A stretch of 64,000 bases of DNA from NCBI GenBank assembly GCA_039584255.1, contig JBDGYE010000007.1, forward strand, positions 5,815 through 69,814, in the 5' to 3' direction. Position numbers and translations under genes: made by a program. Below, piece by piece: positions 63,891 to 64,000 of this stretch. The DNA is from Gemmatimonadota bacterium (lineage in GTDB: Bacteria > Gemmatimonadota > Gemmatimonadetes > Palauibacterales > Palauibacteraceae). Numbering within the stretch: the first letter of the stretch is position 1; every line of letters starts with the position of its first letter. The notes below the pieces were generated by a model. That model searched no databases. It saw only the letters and a program-made list of their open reading frames with translations, and was not told where the DNA came from.

Positions 63891-64000
63891 CTGGGTCGCT
63901 TAGGTGTAACCCGCCCCGTTTAGCATCGCAGTGCACTCAGATCCTCTGAGAGCGACAGGAGATCGTGGCAGTTTACCCTTTCCACAACCGCATACCACTC

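Noticed and set aside
51900-64000. Integron-like cassette array (co-oriented small genes separated by a recurring structured element)
   Set aside because: The repeats lack the RYYYAAC...GTTRRRY boundary symmetry of attC sites, and not every gene has one. No intI or attI is visible. The idea stays open only as a check (attC model scan and inspection beyond the right edge).

Overview
High-GC (about 67%) bacterial chromosomal window. The ECF-sigma and Hanks-kinase repertoire suggests Gemmatimonadota or Acidobacteriota, but that is inference only. I found no rRNA genes, no intact tRNA genes, no CRISPR array and no recognisable transposase or integrase.

Left two thirds (1-51 kb): mostly ordinary metabolic, transport and signalling genes.
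- Partial TonB-dependent receptor, secreted hydrolases, and an IorAB-type 2Fe-2S/molybdopterin oxidoreductase pair.
- M20 amidohydrolase, TenA-like protein, glutamate dehydrogenase and an MDR quinone oxidoreductase.
- PsuG, overlapping by 8 nt the end of a Ser/Thr kinase that starts 1 nt after an amidohydrolase.
- An Sfp-type PPTase translationally coupled to FdrA and a DUF1116 protein, followed by a class-A beta-lactamase-like protein.
- An AGCS symporter, an APC permease with EIIA and TrkA-C tails, a CapA-family protein, and three Hanks kinases.
- A TIGR02999-type ECF sigma factor.

The largest gene (27374-31864) encodes about 1496 aa. It has a degenerate MPN/JAB-like domain whose metal-binding His residues are replaced, then about 1000 aa of Ala/Glu/Arg/Lys helix that includes seven 129-bp tandem repeats, then one TM helix and a small C-terminal domain.

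Right fifth (about 51.9-64 kb): looks accessory. All genes are on the minus strand and many are small.
- A hairpin repeat family sits just 3' of several ORFs.
- There is a tRNA-Lys(CUU) 3'-half remnant flanked by GGTGACA doublets, with degenerate copies elsewhere.
- Three 3'-terminal gene remnants and a frameshifted saccharopine dehydrogenase are present.
- There is an orphan Hcp (T6SS tube) homolog with a Sec signal peptide, a WYL-like protein with a DRR-repeat tail, and an orphan NuoB-like protein.

My top finding is a carboxymuconolactone-decarboxylase/AhpD-like gene. Its in-frame TGA falls exactly on the second Cys of the CxxC motif and is followed by a SECIS-like hairpin, making it a candidate selenoprotein.

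All family calls come from my own reading of motifs. No database search was run.
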